A stretch of DNA of 64,000 nt from Gnetum montanum (lineage: Eukaryota; Plantae; Gnetophyta): assembly GCA_015680685.1 (NCBI GenBank), contig MNCI01003240.1:347468-411467 (forward strand), written 5' to 3'. Below the pieces are notes generated by a model. The model made no database searches. It had not been told where the DNA came from and saw nothing but the letters and a program-made list of their open reading frames with translations. The translations under genes and the position numbers were made by a program. Positions 51,215 to 64,000 of this stretch are shown here, in pieces (the stretch's first letter is position 1; every line of letters begins with the position of its first letter).

Positions 51215-54200
51215 ATACGTGTATTATGACTTAAGATAGGAATGATTGACTAGATTGGCCAAATCATTTCCACCATGTCTACTCTCTTGAATGCCTTGTT
51301 GCCATAGGCTTTGATGACAAGAAAGGATGCTCCCTAGTTGGCTAAGAATTTATCTGCATGCTCGTGGACAAATTTGATGAATATGTCACATTCCTTTATC
51401 TTAAAATTAGTTAAGTTATTGTGGTGCTATTGTTTCTACCTCTCTTGATATTTCTGGAAGTATGAAACACTCACATACATTGCTCTTCCACCAAGTCTAG
51501 GTCTGTTGTCTACAACTCCTTGCTCTGCTCATCATTGATGAAGTCGATCAAGGACACTTGGAGTGATGACACCTATAGTTCAAGAGGTAAAATAGCTTTA
51601 TAAGCATAAACTAGACTATAAAGGGTTACACCAGTTGCCATATGATAGATTATTCTATAGGCCCAAAGTGCATGGACCAACTACTCATGCCATATGCACT
51701 TGCTATTTTTGAGCATCTTCTTGAGCAAGTTGATGATTTCCTTATTTCTTGCTTCTACTTGTCCATTGGCTTGGAGGTAATAAGATGATGAGAAAGAGTG
51801 CTTAATTCCTAGGTCATGAAGAAATCCTTTGTTTCTTGGCTACTAAATTATTGTCTATTGTCTATAACTATGATCATGCGTATGTCAAAATAGGCTATAA
51901 TCTCATCAAGGATAAACTTATAGACTTGTTTAGATGTAGTCTTCCCTAGGGGTATAACTTCAATTCACTTAGTAAAGTATTCAGTTATAATGATGATGAA
52001 GCTATGCTCTACTAAAGACTTAGGTGTTATAGGTCCAATGATATCCAACCCCCATCATTGAAACAACTAAGTTATTTGAGTGGTATATAACTTAGCCAAC
52101 AATACATGTATAAGGTTGCTATGTTGTTGGCATGTGTCACAATTCTTAACCTTCTACAAGTAGCTACTCCATATAGGGTCAGTAATAGCATAACTATCTA
52201 ATCTTAGTGGCCATGACTCTAGGTCCTATATGTTCTCCATACACACCTTCATGGATCTACTCTAGGACTATTATAGCTTCAATTTTATCCAAGCATTTTA
52301 ACAATACACCATTGTAGGATCATCAACATAATGTGTTATCACCTATGATGCCATATTGCTTCAATTGTTTATGTATAATTTTCTTTTGAGTACTAGTTAG
52401 GGCTTGTGAGGATTCACCATGCATAAGATAAAATTTGATATCATCATTTTACTCTAGTAGGAACAGTATGAACTAAAGCCATGAAGGTATCCTCAATGAT
52501 CTATGTGATGGAAATAGCATAACCCATAGTTAAGATGGGAAACCTACTAAACACATCTAGCATTAAATTGAGGGCTAATGTTGCAATCACATCAGCTATG
52601 AACTTCTCATTTCGGGGTATGTGCTAGATATCAACATCTATAAATTGTTGTAACAATTGCTTCCCTAGGTCACAGTAAGGTCAAATATGTTTGGATTTAC
52701 ATGCATAGACCTTGGTTACTTGGTTATTCATAAGTTGGAAATCACATTTAATTATTAATCACTTGATTCCTAGGTCACAAGCTACCATCATGTCCTTGAA
52801 CAAACCCTCATACTTGACTATGTTGTTGGTAGATTGAAACTTAAAATGGTAGGCAAAGGATTGGATTTTAGTAGATGGAAGTGTTATGATGGTAGCAACA
52901 CTAGTCCCATGGCTAGTTGAAGCCCCATCAAAGTGTATGACTACCTCATAGACCTTGGATACTTGGCTAATGATGTTAACATATTCATTAGGGAACTTAG
53001 GATCTATGGTTGTTTGCTCATCAACAAGTGAAACAATGAGTTATATGGCTATAGCTTGACATTTCATTAAGGATTAAGAGATGTAATGAAGGTCAAACTC
53101 TATTCTTATGGTTTTCTATTAGGCTATACTACTACTCTTATAAATGTTAGTCATTATGGCTTTGAGTATGTTGTCCTTGCAAATGATGTTAACTTTGCTT
53201 TTAAAGAGGTAGTGTCTCCACTTCTTTAATGAGAAGACTAGTGCTAGACAATACTTCTCCACTTTAGCGTATTAGGTCTTGTGGGCAATTAATGCATAGA
53301 TAAACTACTACATTAGCATTTTCACTCCATGATCACAATTCTGATAGAGTAGAGAGGCAATGGATGTGTTGGAGATGGCAAGGTAGATGTAAAATGGTTT
53401 ACCCTCTTATGAAGGATAGACTATTAGTAGTTGTGCCAAATCTTGCTTAAGGTATTCAAAGGCTTCTTGGCATTAAGCCATCCAGTCATAGTGAGCTCCT
53501 TTCTTAAGAAAGTATTACATGGACTATAACTTATCTGTAAGCCTAACAATAAACCTACAAATAAATTGCAATATGCCTTGTAATCCCTAAAGCTTCTTAA
53601 GGTTGGTAGGCACTACAAATTTGGATATATCCTTATCCTTATTAGGATCGACATATGTCCCTAGTTTAGATACTACAAAGGCAAGCATCTTACCAGTCTT
53701 GATACCAAAGACACAATTCTTGGGATCGAGCCTTAGCTCATACGTGAGGCACTATTTAAGCATAAGGTCTACATTATTAGCATGGTCATTAGCCACTTTG
53801 GACTTAATGGCTATATCATCCATGTAATCATTGGCCAAACCTAACATGTAATTACTAAATATATAGGTCATAAATCTTTGCTAAGTTGCTCCTACATTCT
53901 TAAGGCCAAAGGGCATCAGGGTATAGTAAAAGGTACCCTAAGGGATCATGAAGGTTGTGCTAAGTTGGTGTTCTTAGTTGATCATAATTTGGTTGTATCC
54001 TAAGAATCTATCCATAAAGGACAACAAGGCATGTCTAGTCATACTATCGATGAGTTGATCAATAATAGGCAGAGGAAAGTCATCCTTGATAGTCACATTA
54101 TTTAGATCTTAGAAATTGATGGAAATATAGATACTCCTATTTTTCTTAGGGATGACCACTATGTTTAACACCCATTCTACATAGTCAAAAACTCAGATGA

Positions 54201-54730
54201 AGCCTTCTTGGTAGAGTTTTGAGATCTTGTCATGAACTGCTAAGGCTAAATCAAGTCTAATCTTGTGTACTTTCTACTTAACTAGTCTAACACTAGGGTT
54301 AAGTATGATGTTGTGTTGTACTAGGCATAGGTCTAGACTTGGCATATCCTCATATGACCATGTGAAGGCCTTAATATTACCTTGTAGGACCTTGGTAATG
54401 TCTTGAGCCTATTTAGATTCTAGTGAGGAACTTAGTTTTAGTGTTTTTTCTCACCACTATGTGTTGTGATAGGAAACTCAACTAGAGGATCTTCAATTAT
54501 GTCTCCTACCTCTAAGTTAAGGGTTTTGACTAGGTTTTCAGGTCATTCTAGAGGTTTATTTATCTAGGCTATGTGGTCAATAAGATCCTCATGCTTAATA
54601 TTAGGAAATTGCAGTTCATATATTGTTCAACATCACTATGAGGTCTACTTAGGCTCAACAGTAGACTAATCTACTCCTAGGTACTCATACTTTGATCTTG
54701 CATGTCAACGATGACCATATTAACTGGCAC
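51215..54730 (-). pseudogene. pol: pol of C: RT-RH-aRH-INT (decayed)
   Basis: FTWSYEDMP (~54350), FMDRFLGYNQI (~54000), YMDD (~53820), HFDGAS (aRH, ~52930), WGLDII (~52045), GQVEA (~51760). Confidence 0.92.
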
Positions 54731-57700
54731 CTAGGTAAAGAGGAGTAAATAATGCTAAAAACTATGAAATTATGCAAAAATATGCTACTATAATGCCAAA
54801 GAAAATGAAAATGGGATCATATAAGGCTATAAACAAAAAGGTAGAGATAAGTAAATGCAATGGAAGAAAGGCTAACATAAGGTTAAAATAAGATCACCAT
54901 AGGTTACAATAGGTCACAAGCTTACTAGTTTAAGGCCTTAGTGGACCATGATGCTAGTTTAGGGTCTTAGTAGATTATGATGCCAATTTAAGGCCTTAGT
55001 GGGCCATGGCCACATGGTGCCAAATGGTGGTCAGGGAAGGTCAATTCCCACTATTTTATACCAATAAAAGGGTAAATAGAGGAAAATAAGGTTATAATAA
55101 GGCAAATAAAGAAACTATAAGGCTATGAAAAGGCCATATTAGGTCAAGAAGGTCAACAATGCAACAAAAAGCTAAAAATAGGTCAAAACATCATGTAATA
55201 AGGCCAAATCAAGCAAAACAGACAACCTATGATTAAAATTAACTAATATAGGTAAAAAAGGGTTAGTTTTTACTAGTTTTAGGCCTTAGAAAGTTATTGT
55301 TTAAGGCTACAAGGTCATTGTATGAGTTTGAGCATGTTGCTTTTGGGCTATTTAAACCTAAAAATCAAGGTTTTAAGGCTTTCAAACTAGACCCCCCATT
55401 GTTTCTATGTTAGCCAGCATGGAAGGGATGGCCTCCAACATGGAGGAAACATCAAAAATATTTTGAAGGCTTTTGTTGGCTTGTTTTTGAGCTTTGGTGG
55501 CTTGTATGATAGTGAAATTAATTAGGGAATATTATGGGCTAGTTTTGGCATTAGTTTCATCCCTTGGAACCCCTCTTTAGAGTTTGAAAACATATTCCAC
55601 ATTTGATCCATGATAGGCAAGATGGTCCTAGCATGGAAACCAAGGAAGATAGATTTTAGGGCATCCAAAGGATTGAAATCAAGGTTCCAAGGCTTCACAA
55701 GGTAGCGTAGCACTAGATATGCCAAACTTGAGCACTTCAGAGGTTAATAAAGGTCAAAAAGTAGGTTTTGGGGTTCAAACCCCTTATTTCGATGCTAGAT
55801 AGTGTTTATGGGAAGGGGCTCAATGTGGAGGATCAAAGTCCAATCCAAAAGGGAATAAAAAAGATCAAACTAGTAGTTGGAACCTAGATTTGAAATATGT
55901 GTATTCCCTAGCTTCGTATTGAGGCCATTTGAGTTGGGTTTGAGTGCCAAAATAAGTTGAAAATGATTTCTCCATTTTTCCACTTTGGGCATAATAGCCC
56001 CAACATGGAAGAATGGGTGTGCACTTGTTATATGATTTTGGGATGGTTTGGGAGCACATCAACTAGGTTTATAGGCTCCTAGGATTGTAGATCATGATTT
56101 GCCAAGTTTTGGCTAATTTTGATTAAATTTGGAGGATGTATGAGGGCATGTAAGGTTTCAACCCATTTTTCTCTTGGTAGGGGAGTTTCTCCAACATGAA
56201 TGATGGGAGTGGATGAGTTTTGAAGGCTAAAAAAAAGTTAGATAAGTGCATAGTTAGGGCTATGAGATCCTAGGCTTCTCCAGTGTAGATGTTTGCTCTC
56301 TCAGGGTGTCAATCTATTACTAAAAGTGGAAATGTAGATCTTTAGAGATATTTTCACACTTCCCAACATGCAAGAGGCCTTCCCCAATGTCGATAAATTA
56401 GGAATCCTAGATCTAGGCTAGTTTGGATCACAATCAACTATGCATCTTAGCCCCTAGAGTTGCCAAGGTCAAGGGTTAAGTTTTAAGGTCAGAATTTGGC
56501 TATTTTGGCTGTTCCTAACTAGTATTTTGGTGTACCCCCTTTTTCCACACTAAGCCTAGGGTGCAAAGCAAGGATCCAAGTAGGAAGATTAGGGTAGAAC
56601 AACGTTTTGGCTATTTGGGATCAGTTTTGCAGGATTAGAAAGTTTTGGAAGGTGCAAACATGATCATAGGGTGCACACAAGGCTATTTTATGTTAATTTA
56701 AGATGTCTAAGGGTCATTTTTGATCACCCTCAAGTTTTCACTTTGGATCCAAATAGGCAAAAATGGAAGATATGGTCCTTAGCATGGAAGAAGTAGGGGA
56801 GCCTATTTTATGGCATTTTTATCACTTTTTGCTATGCATGTGAGTCTCTAGGGTTGCTAGTGTCGATTGTTGATGTCTAGGATCAAAAAATTTGGTCATT
56901 TCAAGGGTTGTTAGGTAGTTTTTGGCCTTCACCCACTCCATCTATGCTCAGGAAAGGATGCTCAAAATAGATGGGATCCTCCTTAATTTGAAGAATTCAA
57001 GGAAGGCAAGTTTGGGCTATTTTAGTCAACTTTTAGAAGTCTGCTGGATTCTAGAAGGATTGGGTTGCTTTCGAAAGTCTATTTCTATGAAAAATTTAAT
57101 AGTTTTGCCTTCAACCTCCCCTAGGATGCTCAACATGGATGAGGTCCTCTCTAGCATGGAAGGTTCTTAGGAGGTTTATTTTTATTGATTTTTGGAATTC
57201 TAATGGCTTTCAAAAGGGATATCAAGGTTATGGTGCAAGTATAAGGTAATTTGACATTGCTTTCATGCATTTGGAACTTTCCACTAACCTTCCTAGCTAC
57301 ATTCACACTATTTCCATGCTGGGTAGTGTGGAAAAGGGCTCCATAGATGTGGATGAACCAAGAGCATCATATCAAGACTCGTTTGGTAGAAAATTAACTA
57401 TGCATGTCAACCTTTGGGGTTGCTAGTGTTGATAGTCGGTATTTGGTGTTAAAATCTAGCAGTTTAGAGGTTCCTGGGTGCCTCATGCAACCAACCCTTC
57501 TTCTTTCATGTTGGGCATGGTTGTCCTAGCATGGATGAGAGGGGGATAATAGTTTTGTGTAATTCTAACCAATTGTGAGACATATAGAAGCCTTAGAAGG
57601 TTCTAGAATGGTCAAGATGTCACCAGGGTAGGTTATTAGGCCATGTTTGGTTATAAATTGGGTTTTCTTAAATAGCCCTTGGGCTTCTACATTGGCTCCA

Positions 57701-58731
57701 CATTGGGTAGCATGGAGGGGGGGGTTGGGTTCATCAATGTAGAACAAACTATGGGTGAAAAAATCAACTTTTTTTAAGGTCAAACTAGGCTACTAGGGTC
57801 TATTAGGGAGTGTTAAGCTTGAAAAATGGCTTTATAGGCAATCAATTTACGCAATTTTGGTCATCCCCCCATCCATCCATGCTAGGGCCACCATGCCTAG
57901 TGTACATGAGGTCTCCCCAATGTGGAACCACCAAATTCTAATGTTTTGAGCTCTTTTGACTAGATTTAGTAACATTTCATGGCTACTAGGGGTGATTGGA
58001 GGGATTCTAGGCCATGTGGGCTAGCTCCAGGAATCAAACTTGGGCTAGATGGGTAATGGAGAGGTAATAATAGGTTTTACCCCCTTGTTCCACACTAGGA
58101 AGTGTTACCCCTACATGAAAACCCAAAATTTCTAGTTTTTGCAAGGTCTAACATCCTTTTGAAGCTTGAGCTTGAATAAGGTAGGTTACAACTACTAAAA
58201 ATGACATGGGAGTTAGGTTTTAGAGGTCTTAGGAGGTGAGATGCATGTATCCTCACTAGTCATCGTATTACTAGTGTGGATGCATGGGGGTTAAAACTTG
58301 AGCATGATTTTAAGTATTCATGGAGTTAAAACCCCAATATTGATAGAGTTTTAAGGCTTAAAATAGCTTGTATGAGAGGTGTATGGTGGGTGCCACTATG
58401 TATAATTTAAAATTTCAAAAACTTGAACTTATCTTCCATCATTCTCAACATGGAAAATACTTGCCCCCCTTGCACTTTAATGTACTTTGTGTTCTAGTGA
58501 ACCAAATTGGCAATAGGGTCTTAGAGGTGGGTGTTTAGGTTTAGATTTGGTTTTTATGGATGCTTTTTACAAGTTTCAATCATAATTTTCATTCTTGGAA
58601 AATAGTGCATTGGTGGAGATCTTTAGAAGAGATTTATGTAGCAAAAATCATCCAACTTTAACATGGAAGCATCACATCTCTTTTTCAGCCAACATAGAAC
58701 CTTCATCCTTTCCAGTTCTCAAGTTTTCTCA

Positions 58732-61700
58732 ATGGTGATGCAGCAGGATGTAGTGTGGAGGCAAAAGAAAGAACCCATACATCCAGAAGATAGATGAGAC
58801 TTCAAGAAACCTCTTCAAGCTTCATGGGATAATCTCCATCCAATCATCCTCTATGGCTATCCCAAGATAGGCTATTCCTAGCCATTTTTCTTTTAGTTTC
58901 TAGCTATTTTTCTTTTTTTCTGGCAATTTTGGCTTTGGTAGATTTGATTTTCAATATTAGGTTTGTTGTTTTGGTGCTTTTTCTTAAGATTTGGAGATAG
59001 AGATAAATTTTTTTAGATCTAGTCTTTAATACTTGAAAAAATTGAATTCTAACAAAATCCCATCCTATATTATTGTGGTTTATATGTAGGTTGAAGATTT
59101 CGTGCTATTTTGACTATAATTCATGATGAAACAAAATTAGGTTTTATTGAATTTTATGTGTTTTTTATGATTTTTTAATGTAAAAAGCAAGAAATGTTAT
59201 GAATTTTTTATTAAGAAATTATTTTTATATTTTTAAAATATAAGGTTATGGGTTTATATAGCTATGTTTAAGCTCTCCATTGGTTATGGTCTTACTTGAT
59301 TTTGATTTGAAATGATGAAGTTATAGTTGTTTTAGAGAGGTTGTGTGGTTAGGTTTTTGTGTTGTTTTTTAGAATTTCATGTAAATTCACAAACCTTTTT
59401 AAGTAAACGGTAGAGGTTTTGACTATATTTTAGTTTTTTTTGTATAGGTTATGGCTTAAGCTTTCCAATAGAGGTGGAATCACTCCATTTAAACTTAGAA
59501 TGGGATTTTGACAAATTTTTCATTAAACTTGCACAAAAAGGGGTTTTTTGGATTATGACTAGGTTACTATTTGGTTTTTCATGTTTTTTGTTAAAATGGT
59601 TGTACTTTTTTGGCTATGTTAGCTATGGCTAGAAATCTCACAATTTCAAGGTTCTTTCCATGGTGTAATCATTGAAATCAGATCTAAGATGAATTTTTCA
59701 TGTATTTTTTGCTACACTTGGGCAATTTAGGGTTTTTTCATTGATGGTTGGGTTACTGCTTGGTTTATTTCATTTTCTATCAAATCCTATAAGAATTTTC
59801 AAAGTTTCTAGTCATGGGTGTATAGATCATGATTTCATGATTCTAATGGTGGTGGAATAATCAAATTCAAAGCTACAGTTAATTTTTAATGAGTTTTCCC
59901 ATATAGTCTTATGTGTAGAAGTTTTTCTTGGCTATAACAATGTACCCCTTGGGGATGGGCATTGTTGACATGCTTAGAATTTTTCTCTTTCCAAAAACCC
60001 ATAGTCTTGGAAATGCCTAAAGATGCTAACTATGCTTCAAAGTTAATAAAATTTATGAGAAGTAAAATATTTTACTATTTTTAGTAAGCCTTTTTTTTCT
60101 AAGTTTCAAGGCTATTTTTTTGTCAATGCGGTTTTGGACTAAGGCATGATTTATTGGCTATACTACATAATGGCCACACAGGTTGTAATGATGTTGTTGT
60201 TGAATTCTTAAATACATTTGAATAAATAACTTATAGTTTTTATATAGGGGCTAATTTCACCCCCTAACTATGATGTTTTACAAACTTGTCAAGAAATTCT
60301 AATCAGTTGTGATATTTTTGTTTTTCATGCAGGGCCTTATTGAAGTCTATACTCATCATGGTTGAGTTAGTGGGCATCTTATGTTTTTTTGGCCACCCAA
60401 GGCCAACACCCCTCTTCCTGATGTAACCTTAGAGAGGGACTATCGATGGTTTCAACCAAAGGCAAGGGAATTCCTTGCCTACATCCTATAGAAGTTCAAT
60501 GTGATGCTAGGTCACACTTATCTATGGATGTGGCTAGGATCATAGTGAAGACACTAATGCCTTGGGCATCTAGTTTGATCACTAAGTTCATTACTAATGA
60601 TATAGTCCATCATGTAGTATCGGAAGTAGAAGACATTATCGATACATGCTACCTTACGAAGAATTGGAGTATGCCAGAGTATCATTAGTATAATGTTGAC
60701 AAAACTCTAATGGTGGTGTAGATAGTCCACACATTGTTTCAAAACCCACCAAACACCATATACTATCTACAAGGATAAGCATTGATGTTATAGTATTTTT
60801 ATGTTATTGGCTTTGTTGGTAAAGTTACCTTTTCTAACTTGTCAATTTTTTGTGAACTTTGTATAAGTACAGGGTCAATGATCAAGGATTGGTTACTAAT
60901 GATTAAACCTTGGAAATGGCTTAAACCACTTTAGATGTACTTATCAAGGGCTCCTAGATCAAAACTATTATGTATGAATCGTGAAGAGGGAAATTTGATA
61001 GATATATTAAAGACTTTAGATCTATGTACATGAATTTTATGGCCAACAAGATGATACATAGCTGGTGGGTGGATTCCAAGAGCACTAAGAATCAAACCTC
61101 TATAGTTGGGACCATACACAAGCCATACCAAGCAAGAAAAAGAAAGGTAAACACAAGGGCTATAATGCATAATGCTTCATGGTTGCTAAGGTTTTAAGTG
61201 TTCTATTGTTTTAACTAGTTTTTGGACATAGCTATGTTGATGCTAGTTATTTGTTATTGCCATGCAAGACCTTCCACCTTTTCCTATGTTAAGTTAGTAG
61301 TTTCAGAATGTCATGAAGATACCCTCATTCTAAAATTTGATGGGGTGATACTAGCACAAGAGTGGTTAAGGGAATAGGTCCCTAGATACATCCAAGTAAA
61401 CATCGAGCATGTGAGTTTGCTTAATGTATCCATGTCACCTATCCCTTCAATCGTTGATATAGAGATGTTGAATGTCATAAAATTATTTAATGAAGAAGTT
61501 GATCATTTCAACACAATCATTTCTAGCATGTTGGTTACCATACCCATTGATGAGGACACCTTTTGCAACTTGTTTGATGTCCATTATGAGGAAGTTTTGG
61601 GGTGGTTTGGTGTTAGTATGGAACATCATGAGTATCTTGGAAGTCTAATAGTCACATAGAGAAGCCAAAGGAGTAGTCAAGGCTAAGCTTAAGAGGCCTA

Positions 61701-63440
61701 TAGAGGAAGCATCGGTAGCATCAAAGTAGCCAACCTAGAAGAAGTTTAAGTTTAAGCTTAAGACATCATACCAGGCAATCAACGGTCAATGTTATCTATG
61801 TTTGGCTATTCTAGGTTTCAAGACATATCTATATGTTATGGTTTCATGTGCTAACCAATTTTTTATGTGCTATGGTTTTAGACAAGCATCAGGACATGGT
61901 ATCCGAAGTTTCCATGAAAGAGATGTAGAGGTGTGCAACCACTGTAGTGGAGGAAGAACAAAGGCATGTAGAGGAGGTTCTCTTATATTAACATGAGGCT
62001 AAAGGGCTAGCCAACATAGATATAGATGATCTAGGTGTCTTGTTTGGTGAGGCAATGCTAGGTACATCCTCCATCATCATGCCAGAGGAGGGAGAGAAGG
62101 ATCCAAGTATGCACATGCCTTAATTCCTCTCGTGATATCATATTATTTTAGGCTTTGCTTTTATCCTTAGCATTTGATAATTGTTATGTTTATAGTAGTT
62201 ATTGAGCCACTAGTGCATGCCCTTGTCCCTATGTTTCATGAAAAATCATGAGAAAATTTCTTGAACAAGATGGAGTTCATGCACAAGATGGCCAACGACA
62301 TCATTGACTGGTTGCAACAAGTTGCACTTGAGATAGATAAGAACTTTATTTACTATGCTTTAGTCATTTACCTATGTTATAAATTATGTTTATGTTATGG
62401 CTATTTTAGGTTCTAAACTATGCATATGATTGTATTTTATGGTTATCTGTTACTTCTAGTGCCATCTATGAAGTGGGACCATAGATAAGACATGGAGTTA
62501 GACTCCTTACTGAAGCTTTCCTTTGATGTACAGAGTCTACCCTTGAAGTTTTATGAAACTACTATTGATCTAGCAATTTTGTGCACAAAAACTTCATGGG
62601 AGATGGAGAGGTCCAATGAATCCCTATGGAAGTAGGTTGTGACCTTAAAGGAAGTAGAATCAGTGGTAGAAGAAGATGATTAGAGATCTCTAGGATTGCA
62701 AGGCATTTGTGGAATCCAAAGTGGCTAACTCAAAGAACTTGCAAATCAGAGAGATTACATCAGCCTACTATTAGCATACCATCCAAGACAAGGTAACACT
62801 CTCATGGGATATGGTAGAGTAGTAAATGCAAATGGATCTCATCTTCCAAAAGGTTGATGAATGGAAAGATCACCATGCATGGGTCCTAGAATGGGGTAAG
62901 ATACAAAAGGACCACAAGAAATAGTATAAGGCTAATCGGGAGGCCTAACTAAAGTGGCTCAAATAGGATTTAGTTGAACGGTATAAGAGAGAGTTTTTAA
63001 TTCATGGGATCTAGGTAGAGATACTCTCATGATGGAGAAATACCCCACTTCTTAGATTACCACTATTTCAAGTCAAACTTTTGTAACTACTATGGCATAA
63101 GAACCATCTACTTGGGCTGTAGTCGATAGGATTGGCATCCTTACATGTGTTAATTTTAGGGAGATTGGATAGGCCAATATGATGGAGGATTAGATTCTCC
63201 ATCATTTGAAGAATGGCCTTCAACATTTACCCCTTGATGTTTTGGAGCTAGATTCCCCACAGATTTGATATATTCTATGTTTTATTTTTATATTAAGTTA
63301 TGGATTTGATTATTGATTACTAATTGGCTATTGTGTTATATTTTAGAAACTAGGAGACATTGGTGGCCCCATGAGACATTGGCATCCCTACTGATGAGGG
63401 TGGGGATGACCCATCACTTCCTCCTCTGGATGTCCCTTAG
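58732..63440 (+). pseudogene. Antisense multi-exon cargo gene of C, homologous to those of A and B
   Basis: Exon at 60333-60774 reads LIMVELVGILCFFG..FQPKAREFLAYIL*KFNVML(W)SHLS..YNVDKTLMV..HTLFQNPPNTIY. Further exons at about 60867-61146, 61268-61780, 61882-62106, 62196-62336, 62460-63265 and 63347-63440. First exon tentative. Confidence 0.78.
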
Positions 63441-64000
63441 CTTCATCCATCAACCTATTTCAACTTTTTGGCTATATGTTTTTGTTTTTATGTTGATGGC
63501 TATTTTCAATCAAGAGTATGTTATGGATTATTATGTTTTGAAATTTTTCCCACATAGTGTGGCCATGGCTATGTATGATTTAAATTTTAAATTCAAATTT
63601 TTTTATTTTATCTTTGGGTATATATGGTTTAGTTATTATAAATGTTATAAATGGCTATGTTAATTATTTTGGTAATAAGGTAAATGGCTAAACAATGTGG
63701 TTAAAGGCTAACTGTAAATATGATAAAAGAGATGTTTGCTAGATTTAGTCCATGGTAGACATAGGTTACATTGTTTTTCTATTTAAAGATCATGGTGGGC
63801 TATGTTACATTGTCAATCTAAGGCCATGGAGGGCCATGTTATGTCATTATTTTAAGGCCATGACAAACCCTATTATGTTGTAAGGAAACTCATATTTTTT
63901 TGGTAATTTTTTGTTGTAAAAATTTAGTTTACATCATGTTAAAAAAGGAAAACATAGAAAGAAAAAAGGTTATTATAAATAAAAATGCAAATAAACATAA

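Larger units (their letters stand above)
48650..64000 (-). mobile_element. Element C: decayed Tat/Ogre-type element, right-truncated by the window
   Basis: 3' LTR, INT, aRH, RH and RT collinear with B, followed by a large spacer carrying the same antisense gene. Confidence 0.9.

Overview
Repeat-dense, AT-rich eukaryotic DNA, most likely from a large-genome land plant. It is depleted in CG/CHG, and many stops look derived from CAG/CGA/TGG. I found no intact host gene. The window is mostly three diverged, decayed Ty3/gypsy elements of the Tat/Ogre type, all on the minus strand. Element A runs 1-28445 and is left-truncated. Element B (7935-26622) is complete and nested in A's 5' leader, with a 5-bp TSD. 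Element C runs from 48650 off the right end. Main observation: all three share an unusual layout, LTR-PBS(tRNA-Asn)-gag-PR // large insert // RT-RH-aRH-INT-PPT-LTR. The insert is about 6.2 kb in B and over 9 kb in C, and it has minus-strand splice donor and acceptor sites whose phases would join PR to RT. Inside it lies an antisense gene of about 8 exons with conserved exon boundaries. By manual translation, its protein has an FCP1/NIF-type HAD phosphatase-like domain lacking the catalytic aspartates, a plant-mobile-domain/Transposase_32-like domain and a helical C-terminus. Also present: a pol-less Athila-like element (36252-41901), two LINE remnants, a ~0.7-kb tandem repeat, other LTR-like debris and a 54-N gap. 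All domain calls come from reading motifs by eye; no searches were run.
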